Of a DNA stretch of 59,589 bases, positions 1-11,845 are shown one piece after another (the stretch's first letter is position 1; every line of letters starts with the position of its first letter). Both the position numbers and the translations under genes were made by a program. The stretch comes from Octopus bimaculoides. Its lineage: Eukaryota. A model generated the notes under the pieces. That model saw nothing but the letters and a program-made list of their open reading frames with translations. It searched no databases and was not told where the DNA came from. The stretch covers positions 24,028,779 to 24,088,367 of the forward strand of contig NC_068988.1 in NCBI RefSeq assembly GCF_001194135.2, given 5' to 3'.

Positions 1-1471
1 CCTTTGACGAATAGATATCACGCTATATATACTTCAATATACTTCAAATAAATTAGAATGAAAAGAAAAAAAATGTAATTTGCGATGTTAATAATGTATT
101 TGAAAAGGTAATTGGAGACGAAAGTCAAACTACGAAATAGCGTAACAGCAGCAAAGGATGTCATCGAAAGAAACAGAATACTCACAAAAACTATAAAATA
201 TGCATTAAAATCAAGGAATATAATATATATTTACTGCAATTTTATTATATATAACATATATCTCTGAGCAAAACGATTTTCTGTATTTTTTTTCCCTTTC
301 GTTGTCTCCATTATCCTTCACATATATTCTTGTTATTAATATTTCTATCTCATCATGTGCGTGTATGTGTCTTTGTGTGTTTGTGTGTGTGCGTGTGTAT
401 GGATATGGATATCAATAATTATAATTTTGAGCGGCAGTACAAATATATTAATAACAAAAAAAAAAAAACGGAAACAAGAACAACAATAGCAGTTGTATCG
501 GAAAGACTAGATTACAACGGTTTCTTCTGTAGAAGCGACAACAGTTCCACAGCTACAGGAACTTGTATGATATATATATTTATATAGTTTACGGATATAT
601 ATGTATATATANNNNNNNNNNNNNNNNNNNNNNNNNNNNNNNNNNNNNNNNNNNNNNNNNNNNNNNNNNNNNNNNNNNNNNNNNNNNNNNNNNNNNNNNN
701 NNNNNNNNNNNNNNNNNNNNNNNNNNNNNNNNNNNNNNNNNNNNNNNNNNNNNNNNNNNNNNNNNNNNNNNNNNNNNNNNNNNNNNNNNNNNNNNNNNNN
801 NNNNNNNNNNNNNNNNNNNNNNNNNNNNNNNNNNNNNNNNNNNNNNNNNNNNNNNNNNNNNNNNNNNNNNNNNNNNNNNNNNNNNNNNNNNNNNNNNNNN
901 NNNNNNNNNNNNNNNNNNNNNNNNNNNNNNNNNNNNNNNNNNNNNNNNNNNNNNNNNNNNNNNNTATATATATATATATATTTACATATTATATATGTTT
1001 ACACAAATACACACGCGCACATATATATACATGTGTCGTTGTATATATCTGCATATCTTTAATTTCACGTCTGCATACATATATGTGGAGGAAACTGAAA
1101 CCTTAAGAATAATACTTTGGAAATTTCGAAAGCAAATATTCCTCAATGAAATTCATCTGCAGCTGTCACATTTTATGCTAAAAAATAAATAAAATTAAGT
1201 AAAAAGACAGATTTGCCTTTAATCGCAGAAAAGAAATTTCCTCTGTCATTTCGTAATAAAGTTATCTCCCCTTTTCCTTGAGCGTTGCCATCAATTTCCA
1301 CTTGGTTCTAGTATTCTTTCACTAATTATGAGCAAGCTTCTGTGCATTTGTAATCTCCATTGTACATTATTTAATAGAAACCTATAAACGCATGTTACCT
1401 AAGTTTATGCCATTGGCTGTTTGAATGTTTTACTGTAGCTTTTCATTCTATGGTTATGCTTAATCCTTTAC

Positions 1472-1567
1472 CAGTTTCCTGATTACATCATTAGACTGTG
1501 AATGTGAAAATGTACAGCTTCAAAGGGTTTTACTCGAACGAATGAAACCAAACACATTTTTTAACAC
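1472..1567 (-). pseudogene. candidate 96-nt exon with an in-frame stop (or last coding exon) of the putative minus-strand gene
   Basis: aataacttccag|GTG...CTG|gtaaag. Phase 0 reads VLKNVFGFIRSSKTL*SCTFSHSQSNDVIRKL. Confidence 0.2.
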
Positions 1568-1576
1568 CTGGAAGTT

Positions 1577-1911
1577 ATTCTATCGGTGTCTTTTGCCGAA
1601 CAGCAAGATGGGGTGCCAGTAGGAGATGGAGAGAGAGACACACACACACTCACGCACACAAATACACTCACACATGCATACACACATACACACACACTCA
1701 CACACACACAAAGGCAAAGACATACATACATAGATACATATTTATTTATATATACGATGGGCTTCTTTCAGTTTCTCTCTACCAAATCAACTCAGAATAA
1801 TTAGGTCGGCCTGCAGATATAGTATAAGACCAAATTGTAACACAATAGAACTGAAACCTGAGACATATTGTTAGGAAGCAAACTTCCTACTACACAGACA
1901 CACCTGCGCCT
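1577..1911 (-). mobile_element. SINE family B (head aggcgcagg-tggctgtgtggtaag), degenerate
   Basis: Minus-strand head aggcgcaggtgtgtctgtgtagtaggaag; core gatgggcttctttcagtttc..taccaaatc.actca; internal (CA)n; tail tcttttgccgaac. Core and tail blocks recur at 12690-12965 and 40503-40947. Confidence 0.8.
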
Positions 1912-1955
1912 ATAAGAAAACCACGTTCCTCAATATTTAAAATTGTCTTCCTTAC

Positions 1956-2099
1956 ATTATGTTTCATTTTCCAATGGTAGATAAACGTGTCCGTGACATT
2001 GAAATTGCTGTCAAAGATTAGATGATTTCTGTGTAATAGCTCCAGCTCCATATTAGTGGCAATGCCATTGGGGAACCGCCAAATGGCTCGAGCATTGAA
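1956..2099 (-). CDS. candidate 144-nt internal exon (phase 0-0), unidentified product
   Basis: tattactaaaag|TTC...AAT|gtaagg. Open frame FNARAIWRFPNGIATNMELELLHRNHLIFDSNFNVTDTFIYHWKMKHN. Confidence 0.4.
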
Positions 2100-2360
2100 C
2101 TTTTAGTAATAGTAACTTTAAGTAGCTTGAAATTGTCTCCTCTTTTCTTTCAAAGTCGCAATTTATTAATGTTAAGAATATTTATTCTTTCGAGATTAGA
2201 AGATGAATTTCGATACATCAAACAGAAAGCACACAATTTCTACCTGGATTAATTATCCATCCATCCATCCATCCATGCATACATACTTACATATATAACA
2301 TATATGCAGGTATGTTTTATGTGTAAATATAAATTTTTGTGTGTGTATATTTATATATAG

Positions 2361-2374
2361 AGAGAGACAGACAG

Positions 2375-2431
<57 letters not shown>
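2361..2431 (+). repeat. (AG)n microsatellite running into a gap
   Basis: Direct reading of the sequence. Confidence 0.97.
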
Positions 2432-3407
2432 NNNNNNNNNNNNNNNNNNNNNNNNNNNNNNNNNNNNNNNNNNNNNNNNNNNNNNNNNNNNNNNNNNNNN
2501 NNNNNNNNNNNNNNNNNNNNNNNNNNNNNNNNNNNNNNNNNNNNNNNNNNNNNNNNNNNNNNNNNNNNNNNNNNNNNNNNNNNNNNNNNNNNNNNNNNNN
2601 NNNNNNNNNNNNNNNNNNNNNNNNNNNNNNNNNNNNNNNNNNNNNNNNNNNNNNNNNNNNNNNNNNNNNNNNNNNNNNNNNNNNNNNNNNNNNNNNNNNN
2701 NNNNNNNNNNNNNNNNNNNNNNNNNNNNNNNNNNNNNNNNNNNNNNNNNNNNNNNNNNNNNNNNNNNNNNNNNNNNNNNNNNNNNNNNNNNNNNNNNNNN
2801 NNNNNNNNNNNNNNNNNNNNNNNNNNNNNNNNNNNNNNNNNNNNNNNNNNNNNNNNNNNNNNNNNNNNNNNNNNNNNNNNNNNNNNNNNNNNNNNNNNNN
2901 NNNNNNNNNNNNNNNNNNNNNNNNNNNNNNNNNNNNNNNNNNNNNNNNNNNNNNNNNNNNTATATATATATATATATATATATATATTATCTATACACAC
3001 ACACGTATATACATATAAACATATGTTGGTAAACACCAGTAATGCAGCTGTCCACAAATTTCTTGCTAACAAATACTGTAAGAATGCTCTTGTGTAGCAA
3101 TGATATTTAGATCGACTTCATTTTATTGCCAGTAAATTTGTAAACATTTTCTTCGTTATGTTAACAGCCGTACTAAAGGTGAAAAGATACAGATTTTTGT
3201 ATTCCACGAGTTAAGATTTCGCATATTATTTTCATGTTATGTAACTAAATTTGAGATATTTTCATACATTTACTATCTTCTAGCGACTATGCACACTTAC
3301 AAATATGCATGTACCCCCCACCACATACACACAAATTCATTATTTTAGCTTAGGACTGACATGTATATTTCCTCCCTCTCATAACTTTCTCAAATACTTT
3401 GCTTGTT

Positions 3408-3436
3408 TTGATGAAGGTTATAACCCGAAACGTTAG
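3408..3436 (+). ncRNA. possible minimal type I hammerhead ribozyme remnant (Penelope-like-element type)
   Basis: tTGATGA-a-GGTTATAACC-c-GAAA-cgttag. The core boxes bracket a self-complementary stem II and are followed by the palindrome AACGTT. The C of CUGAUGA is T and stem I is weak. Confidence 0.3.
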
Positions 3437-3892
3437 ATTCTGTTCGGTTCTTTCATTTGACGTAGTTATCTTCATTGTCTACTTCTTTGATTATTGATAT
3501 TTGCTATATATATTTGCGCTTTTTGTCCTTATTGATTCTCACCTGCGTCACCTGTAAGATCTTCATCTGTTATACATGCATACAAGCGTACATACAGCGG
3601 TGCAATTTGACTTCCCACACACACAGACACATGCATGCATATGTGTGTATATGTATATCTGCACTTAGTTTGAACGATATTTAAGTATTCGGTTTTAACA
3701 GCAGAGCTCGAAACAAAGTTAAAAATGATTGGAGAGTCTTCGACGTTTTGTCATTCAAGTGGGTTTTTTAATGTAATATTTAACATGCTGCTATTTATAA
3801 CTTTATCTCCTTCGAGTTTTACTTAATTTTAGTCTCAGGTATTCCATAATTCATTTATAATGATATATGGTAAGTTTGTGTTTTTGTGAATT

Positions 3893-4995
3893 TGTTACTT
3901 TAACTCCTTAGAGACTATCCGGTAGACCTTGATGAAACGTGACATGTATGTGGGGCTTATGCCCATGCGGTCACTTACGCACTTGGAATTTTTAAAAATC
4001 GATTTTTAATCTGCATCGAGTTTTCAAATATCGTAAAATTTCGGCATTTTTCGCACTAACTATCGTGACATCAATTTGACGAAAATGCCGAAATTTTACG
4101 ATAATTGTTTCATGGGTATAGACAGAGAGCATGTTAACGGCAATCTCTTTAGCATTTGCTAATTCCTCATTTCGATACGAATTGTTTTTATTTGCTAAAA
4201 CTTATTATTTCAATTTGTTGTTTCAATTCCACAGCGTTTCAGGTTTTGATTAGGTAAGAACATTTTATTAGTCAAGCAAAATTCAGGCATCGTAACATTA
4301 ATCTGATGAAATCTGCTCAAAGGCGTAAAATTTCGCCATTTTACGCACATGCACAAAAATGACGACGACACGGGTTCGCTACCAGACTCTGATCATTTTT
4401 TCGCCAAATTGGTCCTACCCATTTATATACATTTAAAATTTTTGTAAAATGTCGAAATTTGGCGAAAATTGTTTCATGGCTATCAACAGACAACTTATTA
4501 ACGGTAATTTATTACCGGGTACTCCAGCTAGTACGAATATATTTTTGAGCATTTGGGGAAAATACTCTGCCAAAACTAATTATGATGCACACAGTAGAGT
4601 ACATAATTGTGAAACCGAGTACGAAGATTAGTTATTCAAAATCTATTCATATTTAAAAAAACAAAATCTGAATCAACAGTGTGAGTACACGAGTAAAGAT
4701 ACGTGCAGACCGTAAAAATTATCTGTTGGGTAAACAAGGCAGAGGTGAATCTATTGCTGCATATTACGTTCGAATTCAAAAATACAATTAAAAAAACAAA
4801 AAACACATTAACCAGGAGAAAAACGATTTGGGCAAACACTTCTACGACAAATCTCGCTTCCTTAGCTTTGATTACAACTTTTGTGGCTATGTGACCAGCA
4901 AATCACCATAGACATTGGACGTCACTTTTCTGCGAAATGGAAGCATCAAGAATGCCGATGAATTCTGGAAAACATCCTTAACATCTTTCAGGAGT
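3893..4995 (+). mobile_element. probable DNA-transposon end with internal inverted and direct repeats, followed by decayed coding-like sequence
   Basis: 18-bp palindrome at 3992-4009. 22-bp perfect inverted repeat 4029-4050/4082-4103. Diverged direct repeats (4031-4056 ~ 4324-4348; 4082-4145 ~ 4446-4508). Downstream frames with stops read ..ITIDIGRHFSAKWKHQECR*ILENILNIFQE*ETP, weakly integrase-like. Confidence 0.4.
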
Positions 4996-5005
4996 AGGAA
5001 ACACC

Positions 5006-5056
<51 letters not shown>

Positions 5057-5486
5057 NNNNNNNNNNNNNNNNNNNNNNNNNNNNNNNNNNNNNNNNNNNN
5101 NNNNNNNNNNNNNNNNNNNNNNNNNNNNNNNNNNNNNNNNNNNNNNNNNNNNNNNNNNNNNNNNNNNNNNNNNNNNNNNNNNNNNNNNNNNNNNNNNNNN
5201 NNNNNNNNNNNNNNNNNNNNNNNNNNNNNNNNNNNNNNNNNNNNNNNNNNNNNNNNNNNNNNNNNNNNNNNNNNNNNNNNNNNNNNNNNNNNNNNNNNNN
5301 NNNNNNNNNNNNNNNNNNNNNNNNNNNNNNNNNNTATATATATACATATATGTACACACACAGCCATATATATACATAATTATATACATGCATACATAAA
5401 AACTTACATGGATGAATATACATGCGGTAACAAGATACCACTTATGGTGCAACTACAGAAAGCGCAACAGATAAAGTCCAGTTCAC

Positions 5487-5630
5487 CTAGGCTCCAAATC
5501 GAATGGGTTCATAGTATTTTCAAGGCTATAGTAAGAGGAGCGAAAGTTAAATTTTACCCGTAGACCGGAAACATAACCAGATGGCTTTGTAACAAAATAC
5601 ATTGCACTAACTGCACTCTCGTTACAGTTG
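5487..5630 (-). CDS. candidate 144-nt internal exon (phase 2-2), unidentified product
   Basis: ttactcgtttctaacactag|C AAC...CCT AG|gtgaac. Open frame NCNESAVSAMYFVTKPSGYVSGLRVKFNFRSSYYSLENTMNPFDLEP, inside supplied ORF 5483..5689. Confidence 0.4.
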
Positions 5631-5835
5631 CTAGTGTTAGAAACGAGTAAAAGATTAATTCTACCATATAATTTGTTGTTTCTCGACAAGCAAAATATTA
5701 TTGATTATACTTTGTCTAGGTTCAACTAAATGGAAATAGATGCTATCTTATCGGGGAATAGTATCTACAGAATATTAGTGACAAATATATAGTAATAATA
5801 TATTATCTTTGCTTCGAGTGAAGATAAGTAATAAC

Positions 5836-5878
5836 TAGCGGCAGTTGCAATCGACTCCGAATGAAAGAGGAAGATAAT
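5836..5878 (-). CDS. candidate 43-nt exon (phase 1-2) bridging the 6606-6851 and 5487-5630 exons
   Basis: Very strong acceptor ttttattttatttcttttttcactacttaag|. Frame (D)YLPLSFGVDCNCR(Y). The donor gttatt is weak. Its phases join both neighbours in frame. Confidence 0.3.
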
Positions 5879-5979
5879 CTTAAGTAGTGAAAAAAGAAAT
5901 AAAATAAAATAAAACTCCCTGGAATTAACATGCCATTAAGGAAATGGAGAATGACAGCACGCTCTTGTTTTTGTTACAG

Positions 5980-6138
5980 AATGCAATGAAACAAGCTTTT
6001 TAAGTTTTGGTTAATTTGGTGTTCAAAATACCTCTGGAAATAAATTTACACTTCGTTGTAATGAGCCTATGAAAGCTAGGGGATGTTCTCCACAAGGACT
6101 CTGGTTTCAAGGCATTGCTTCTTATAGCAGAAACAGGT
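5980..6138 (+). pseudogene. candidate 159-nt phase 1-1 pseudo-exon, Cys/Trp spacing like a hormone-receptor (HRM) or sushi module
   Basis: ctcttgtttttgttacag|AA TGC...AGG T|gtaagc. Reads (E)CNETSFLSFG*FGVQNTSGNKFTLRCNEPMKARGCSPQGLWFQGIASYSRNR with one TAA stop. Confidence 0.3.
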
Positions 6139-6281
6139 GTAAGCTAATGAAGGTGATTACACAACTCACGTTCTCCCGTTCACACATATATATGAACATA
6201 TATAATTATATCTAACATACATATGTATATATATATATAGTTATATATAAGAGAAATTACATACCAGTATATATGCATGTA

Positions 6282-6325
<44 letters not shown>

Positions 6326-6605
6326 AGTAAAAATAGATACAAAAAAAGGGGTTTTGTATGATTGTGTATAGAGGAATATATTATTTTGTTTAAAAGAGTT
6401 CCAACACTGTCTGTTTTTTATGTTTTATTTATATTCCTGCAGAACCAATGTGGGGTATAGAATATGGAATATACAATATATAATATAATATACAATATAT
6501 AAAATAAAATAAAATAAAATAAAATAGGTTCGATACTTGGTAGAGCAGTAGATGGAAGTATTGTTAAACCAAAGATGAGATCATCATTTTTGCGAAGGTC
6601 TTTAC

Positions 6606-6851
6606 CTGTTGAAGCTTTCATCACGCATCCCATGACTTGGTTGGGAAAACTGTCATCGTTTATACTGGCGGTTTCAAATTTGGACGGGTGCATCTTGTGC
6701 TCAATTCTACACAAGACAGGAATTGCAATTGATGTCAGATATTTGACACTAATTCCGAAACTTATGAAATGGAAGTAGTTTTGAAATAAAAATTGCATAG
6801 TGTAGGCATCAGATAAATATTGCATATTATAGGCAGCAAAGAGATATCCTT
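6606..6851 (-). CDS. candidate 246-nt internal exon (phase 1-1), unidentified product
   Basis: cacatttcag|AA GGA...ACA G|gtaaag. Open frame GYLFAAYNMQYLSDAYTMQFLFQNYFHFISFGISVKYLTSIAIPVLCRIEHKMHPSKFETASINDDSFPNQVMGCVMKAST. Part of it is duplicated at 9126-9170. Confidence 0.45.
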
Positions 6852-7129
6852 CTGAAATGTGCGACAGTTTGATTACATGGAAAAGAAATGAAATAGTAAT
6901 AGAGAAAACTGTTAAAATATATTAACATATTTGTTATTTTATGGTCGGTTTACGAATTCTGATAATTCTTTACATGCATCCGGGTGCCATAAAGTGAATA
7001 CAAGGTCAGTATTGGAACCATCTTCTGGCATCGTGATAGATACAAATTTAACTTGCTCTGCTTATGATAGAAAGAGAAAAGCATAAATATAAAATTAACG
7101 GTACGTATCTAAAATTATTAAGTCAGCTT

Positions 7130-7190
7130 TCTCACGAAATGCTGTGAAGATCGACATTGCCTTTCATTATTCAGTTGTCGATAAAATCGT
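7130..7190 (+). mobile_element. SINE family A core remnant
   Basis: gatcgacattgcctttcattattcagttgtcgataaaat resembles ggtccactttgcctttcattctttcggggtcgataaatt of the 10641 copy. Confidence 0.5.
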
Positions 7191-7424
7191 AAAGCTTTTG
7201 ACTGTGCCGTTGTAATGAATTGAGCCCTAGGTCATATCTGAACGGGTATAGTTATGGTCGAAGTATTCTACCCTTCATGATGAATTATTGCAGTTTAACA
7301 GACGCATCTAGAAGCCTACATCCTGTTATTCTGAAGACTGTAAGATTTGAGGGGATAGTTGTTGATATTTTTAGCACATAGAAGGAACACGTAGATGTTC
7401 TTTCGATAGGTAAGGGACTGCCGC

Positions 7425-7493
7425 GGTGGTGGTAGTTGTGGTGGTGGTGGTGATGGTCTTGTTAGTTTTGCGATGATGGTGGTGTTGTTATTG

Positions 7494-7525
<32 letters not shown>

Positions 7526-7553
7526 GATCGTCTTGTTGGTTTTGCGATGATGG

Positions 7554-7584
<31 letters not shown>

Positions 7585-7592
7585 GGTAGTAG
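7425..7592 (+). repeat. (GGT)/(GTT) compound microsatellite with a duplicated 33-bp unique core (period ~74 bp)
   Basis: ggtgat(g/c)gtcttgtt(a/g)gttttgcgatgatggtg at 7449-7481 and 7523-7555. Confidence 0.9.
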
Positions 7593-8783
7593 TGGATACT
7601 GAAGCGAATATATCAACCCCAAGAACACAGCACTCCAAATAATACGTGGCTTTGTGCCTATATTAAGAATCATTATTTTTATTTCAACGCAAACAAAAAT
7701 ATCAGAAATGCAAAAGAATAAGAAAAACAAGCAAACAGACGAAAAATACAACAACACAAAAACACAAAGAAATGGAAAGTAAAAAAAAAAGGGAAAACAA
7801 GAAAACTAAAATACGAAAAAAAAAAAAAGAAACCCACACACAAAACACACCGACTTTAAATGCAATAAATATTATTTAGTTAGAGACGAGAGATTCCAAT
7901 CTATACAACATTTAACGTAGAATATTTGCTTCACTTGACTCCTTGTCTTCTTTCTATCGCCGTACGTAAACAAATTTCAATCTGGTTGCTTACGTTATTG
8001 TTGCTTCAGGCAGACATTTTAAGTCGACAGAAGAATTAGAAATATGAACAAGAAATAGATATGAATGTGCAAAAACGTATATAGGAATTCTTGTATGTAC
8101 TTGCGTGTCAATTGATATGTATGTATGTATGTATGTATNNNNNNNNNNNNNNNNNNNNNNNNNNNNNNNNNNNNNNNNNNNNNNNNNNNNNNNNNNNNNN
8201 NNNNNNNNNNNNNNNNNNNNNNNNNNNNNNNNNNNNNNNNNNNNNNNNNNNNNNNNNNNNNNNNNNNNNNNNNNNNNNNNNNNNNNNNNNNNNNNNNNNN
8301 NNNNNNNNNNNNNNNNNNNNNNNNNNNNNNNNNNNNNNNNNNNNNNNNNNNNNNNNNNNNNNNNNNNNNNNNNNNNNNNNNNNNNNNNNNNNNNNNNNNN
8401 NNNNNNNNNNNNNNNNNNNNNNNNNNNNNNNNNNNNNNNNNNNNNNNNNNNNNNNNNNNNNNNNNNNNNNNNNNNNNNNNNNNNNNNNNNNNNNNNNNNN
8501 NNNNNNNNNNNNNNNNNNNNNNNNNNNNNNNNNNNNNNNNNNNNNNNNNNNNNNNNNNNNNNNNNNNNNNNNNNNNNNNNNNNNNNNNNNNNNNNNNNNN
8601 NNNNNNNNNNNNNNNNNNNNNNNNNNNNNNNNNNNNNNNNNNNNNNNNNNNNNNNNNNNNNNNNNNNNNNNNNNNNNNNNNNNNNNNNNNNNNNNNNNNN
8701 NNNNNNNNNNNNNNNNNNNNNNNNNNNNNNNNNNNNNNNNNNNNNNNNNNNNNNNNNNNNNNNNNNNNNNNNNNNNNNNNNNN

Positions 8784-8821
<38 letters not shown>

Positions 8822-9125
8822 CACAAATATGTATACATGTATATATATATATGCATGTATGTATGTCTATATATAAGTGTAAAGTCTTTATAATACAAAT
8901 GCACATACATATGTATGGTACATATGCATACGTTCATATCTATATTTATATATATAATATATATTTAGACACCTGATTATATACAAATATGTATATATAT
9001 ATACATATATACATATATAGTTAGTGAATGTGTGTGAGAGAGAGAGAGAGAGGGGAGAGAGAAAGGGAGAGGGAGTGAGAGAAAGCACTTAACACACACA
9101 CGACCGCACGTATACACACACAAAC

Positions 9126-9220
9126 TGACACTAATTCTAAGACATTTGAAATGGAAGTAGTTTTGAAATAGATGTTATATTCCTCTTCAATGTTGGCAAC
9201 TAACTAAATGTTGGCAGTCT
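9126..9220 (-). pseudogene. decayed partial copy of the 6606-6851 exon-like sequence
   Basis: 9126-9170 matches 6744-6788 at 40/45 ungapped positions, including a 24-bp identity. Translation LFQNYFHFKCLRISVS vs LFQNYFHFISFGISVK. Stops lie just upstream. Confidence 0.7.
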
Positions 9221-10483
9221 AGACGGGATATGTGGCTTTCTTTATTGATTTATTGATTTTTGCCTTATATTTTAATCATTTTTTAATGCTTTATTTATTT
9301 GTATTTTCGTTTATTTAACATTTTTAATGTATTTATTGAAATCTCTATTTATTTTATATTTATTTATTATTTAAAGCGTTTGCATTCTTTAGATATAACT
9401 AGTTCTCGGTATATTGTTGTTAAGAAGGAAAGCGATTCAATTCAACATAATAAACATATGTATACATAGGTATATACACACACACATTTACACACAGGCG
9501 CAAACACATATACGTATTTTCGTGTGATATACACATGTATGCACGTATGTATGATTATATATATGTAATATACTCAAATTGTAATCTCACACTTGTGTGA
9601 GACGCTGTAAAGCGAAAGAAAGTACACGATACGGCTATATAGATCAATATTTTTTTAATATTTATTGAAAGCTGGGCTGTGTGTGTGTGTGTGTGTATGT
9701 GTGTGTGTGTGTGTGGGTGTGTGTATGTGTGTGTGTGTGTGTGTGTGTGAGTGTGGCCTTTCTGATTTGTTAGTTTTACTCTATGCTTGGCTGGCTGAAA
9801 AACGGTTTACTTAGAACGACACTTTCTATTACATCAAGTAAATACACATACACAAACACACACGTGCAAGTCTATCTCTCTATGTGTGTATGCATGCATG
9901 TGCGCATGCGTGATATATATATATATATANNNNNNNNNNNNNNNNNNNNNNNNNNNNNNNNNNNNNNNNNNNNNNNNNNNNNNNNNNNNNNNNNNNNNNN
10001 NNNNNNNNNNNNNNNNNNNNNNNNNNNNNNNNNNNNNNNNNNNNNNNNNNNNNNNNNNNNNNNNNNNNNNNNNNNNNNNNNNNNNNNNNNNNNNNNNNNN
10101 NNNNNNNNNNNNNNNNNNNNNNNNNNNNNNNNNNNNNNNNNNNNNNNNNNNNNNNNNNNNNNNNNNNNNNNNNNNNNNNNNNNNNNNNNNNNNNNNNNNN
10201 NNNNNNNNNNNNNNNNNNNNNNNNNNNNNNNNNNNNNNNNNNNNNNNNNNNNNNNNNNNNNNNNNNNNNNNNNNNNNNNNNNNNNNNNNNNNNNNNNNNN
10301 NNNNNNNNNNNNNNNNNNNNNNNNNNNNNNNNNNNNNNNNNNNNNNNNNNNNNNNNNNNNNNNNNNNNNNNNNNNNNNNNNNNNNNNNNNNNNNNNNNNN
10401 NNNNNNNNNNNAGATATTTGCGCGTGGATATATATACAATCAAATATGCACATAATACACACACACACATACACACACATACA

Positions 10484-10529
<46 letters not shown>

Positions 10530-10569
10530 TATATAGATCTATATACACATACCTACTCACACTCGCATC

Positions 10570-10856
10570 GAATCGACTGACCCCCTCCACCAAAATTTCG
10601 GGACTTGTACCTAGAGAAGAAAAAATATATTCCGCTTCGTAAAGCGGCGAGCTGGCAGAAAAATTAACACGCCAGGCGAAATGCCTAACGATATTTCGTC
10701 TATCTTCATGTTCTAAGTTGAAATTCCGCCAAGGTCCACTTTGCCTTTCATTCTTTCGGGGTCGATAAATTAAGTACCAGTTGCGTCCTGGAGTCGAATT
10801 AATCTACTGGCCTCCTTCGCAAAAATTTCGGGCCTTGTGCCTAGAGTAGAAAAGAA
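10570..10856 (+). mobile_element. SINE family A: 3' tail fragment (10570-10627) followed by a full-length copy (10641-10856)
   Basis: Head aaagcggcgagctggcagaa, B-box-like gttgaaattcc, core ctttcggggtcgataaattaagtaccagt. The tail aaaatttcgg.c.ttgt.cctagag.agaaaa occurs twice. Confidence 0.85.
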
Positions 10857-11248
10857 TATAAATACATATCTGTCTGTATTAGTGTATGTTTCAGTTTATC
10901 GTGGAGATGTGTATATGTATTAGTTTTGAATTTCGTCTCCAAGTAGAATATATAAAAATTCGATTACATTTCTTATGGTAGTGGAATAAGTATTTTTAGC
11001 ATACGAACGAAAAAGTAGATAAAGGCAGAGAAAGAGAAGGAGGAGAAGGAGAGTAAAACATATAGTCAGATATATATATATTATCGAAATGTGGAGTAGA
11101 AAAACAGCCAAAAACTGATGAAGAGTCGTTCTTTATGTTACTTGTCTTGTTTTCCATTTGCTTCTTTTGTTGTTCGCATACAAAATTTCGTATTCCATCG
11201 TTCCGTATTTCGTGTTGCTTACGATTTGTGACGCCCTGTAGCCATATA

Positions 11249-11291
<43 letters not shown>

Positions 11292-11622
11292 NNNNNNNNN
11301 NNNNNNNNNNNNNNNNNNNNNNNNNNNNNNNNNNNNNNNNNNNNNNNNNNNNNNNNNNNNNNNNNNNNNNNNNNNNNNNNNNNNNNNNNNNNNNNNNNNN
11401 NNNNNNNNNNNNNNNNNNNNNNNNNNNNNNNNNNNNNNNNNNNNNNNNNNNNNNNNNNNNNNNNNNNNNNNNNNNNNNNNNNNNNNNNNNNNNNNNNNNN
11501 NNNNNNNNNNNNNNNNNNNNNNNNNNNNNNNNNNNNNNNNNNNNNNNNNNNNNNNNNNNNNNNNNNNNNNNNNNNNNNNNNNNNNNNNNNNNNNNNNNNN
11601 NNNNNNNNNNNNNNNNNNNNNN

Positions 11623-11660
<38 letters not shown>

Positions 11661-11811
11661 TTATACTATTATATGCTTGAACGCCACGCATCCATTTCCA
11701 AATATATATATATATATGTGTAAGTGTGCGTGTGTGTGTGTGTACACACATACATGTATATATACACGCACACATACTCCTACACATCCACCATATACAT
11801 ACACACATACA

Positions 11812-11845
<34 letters not shown>

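Noticed and set aside
7488-7757. ORF with poly-Pro/Thr/His/Gln resembling a transcription-factor low-complexity region
   Set aside because: Derived from the (GGT)/(GTT) microsatellite; no splice or domain support.
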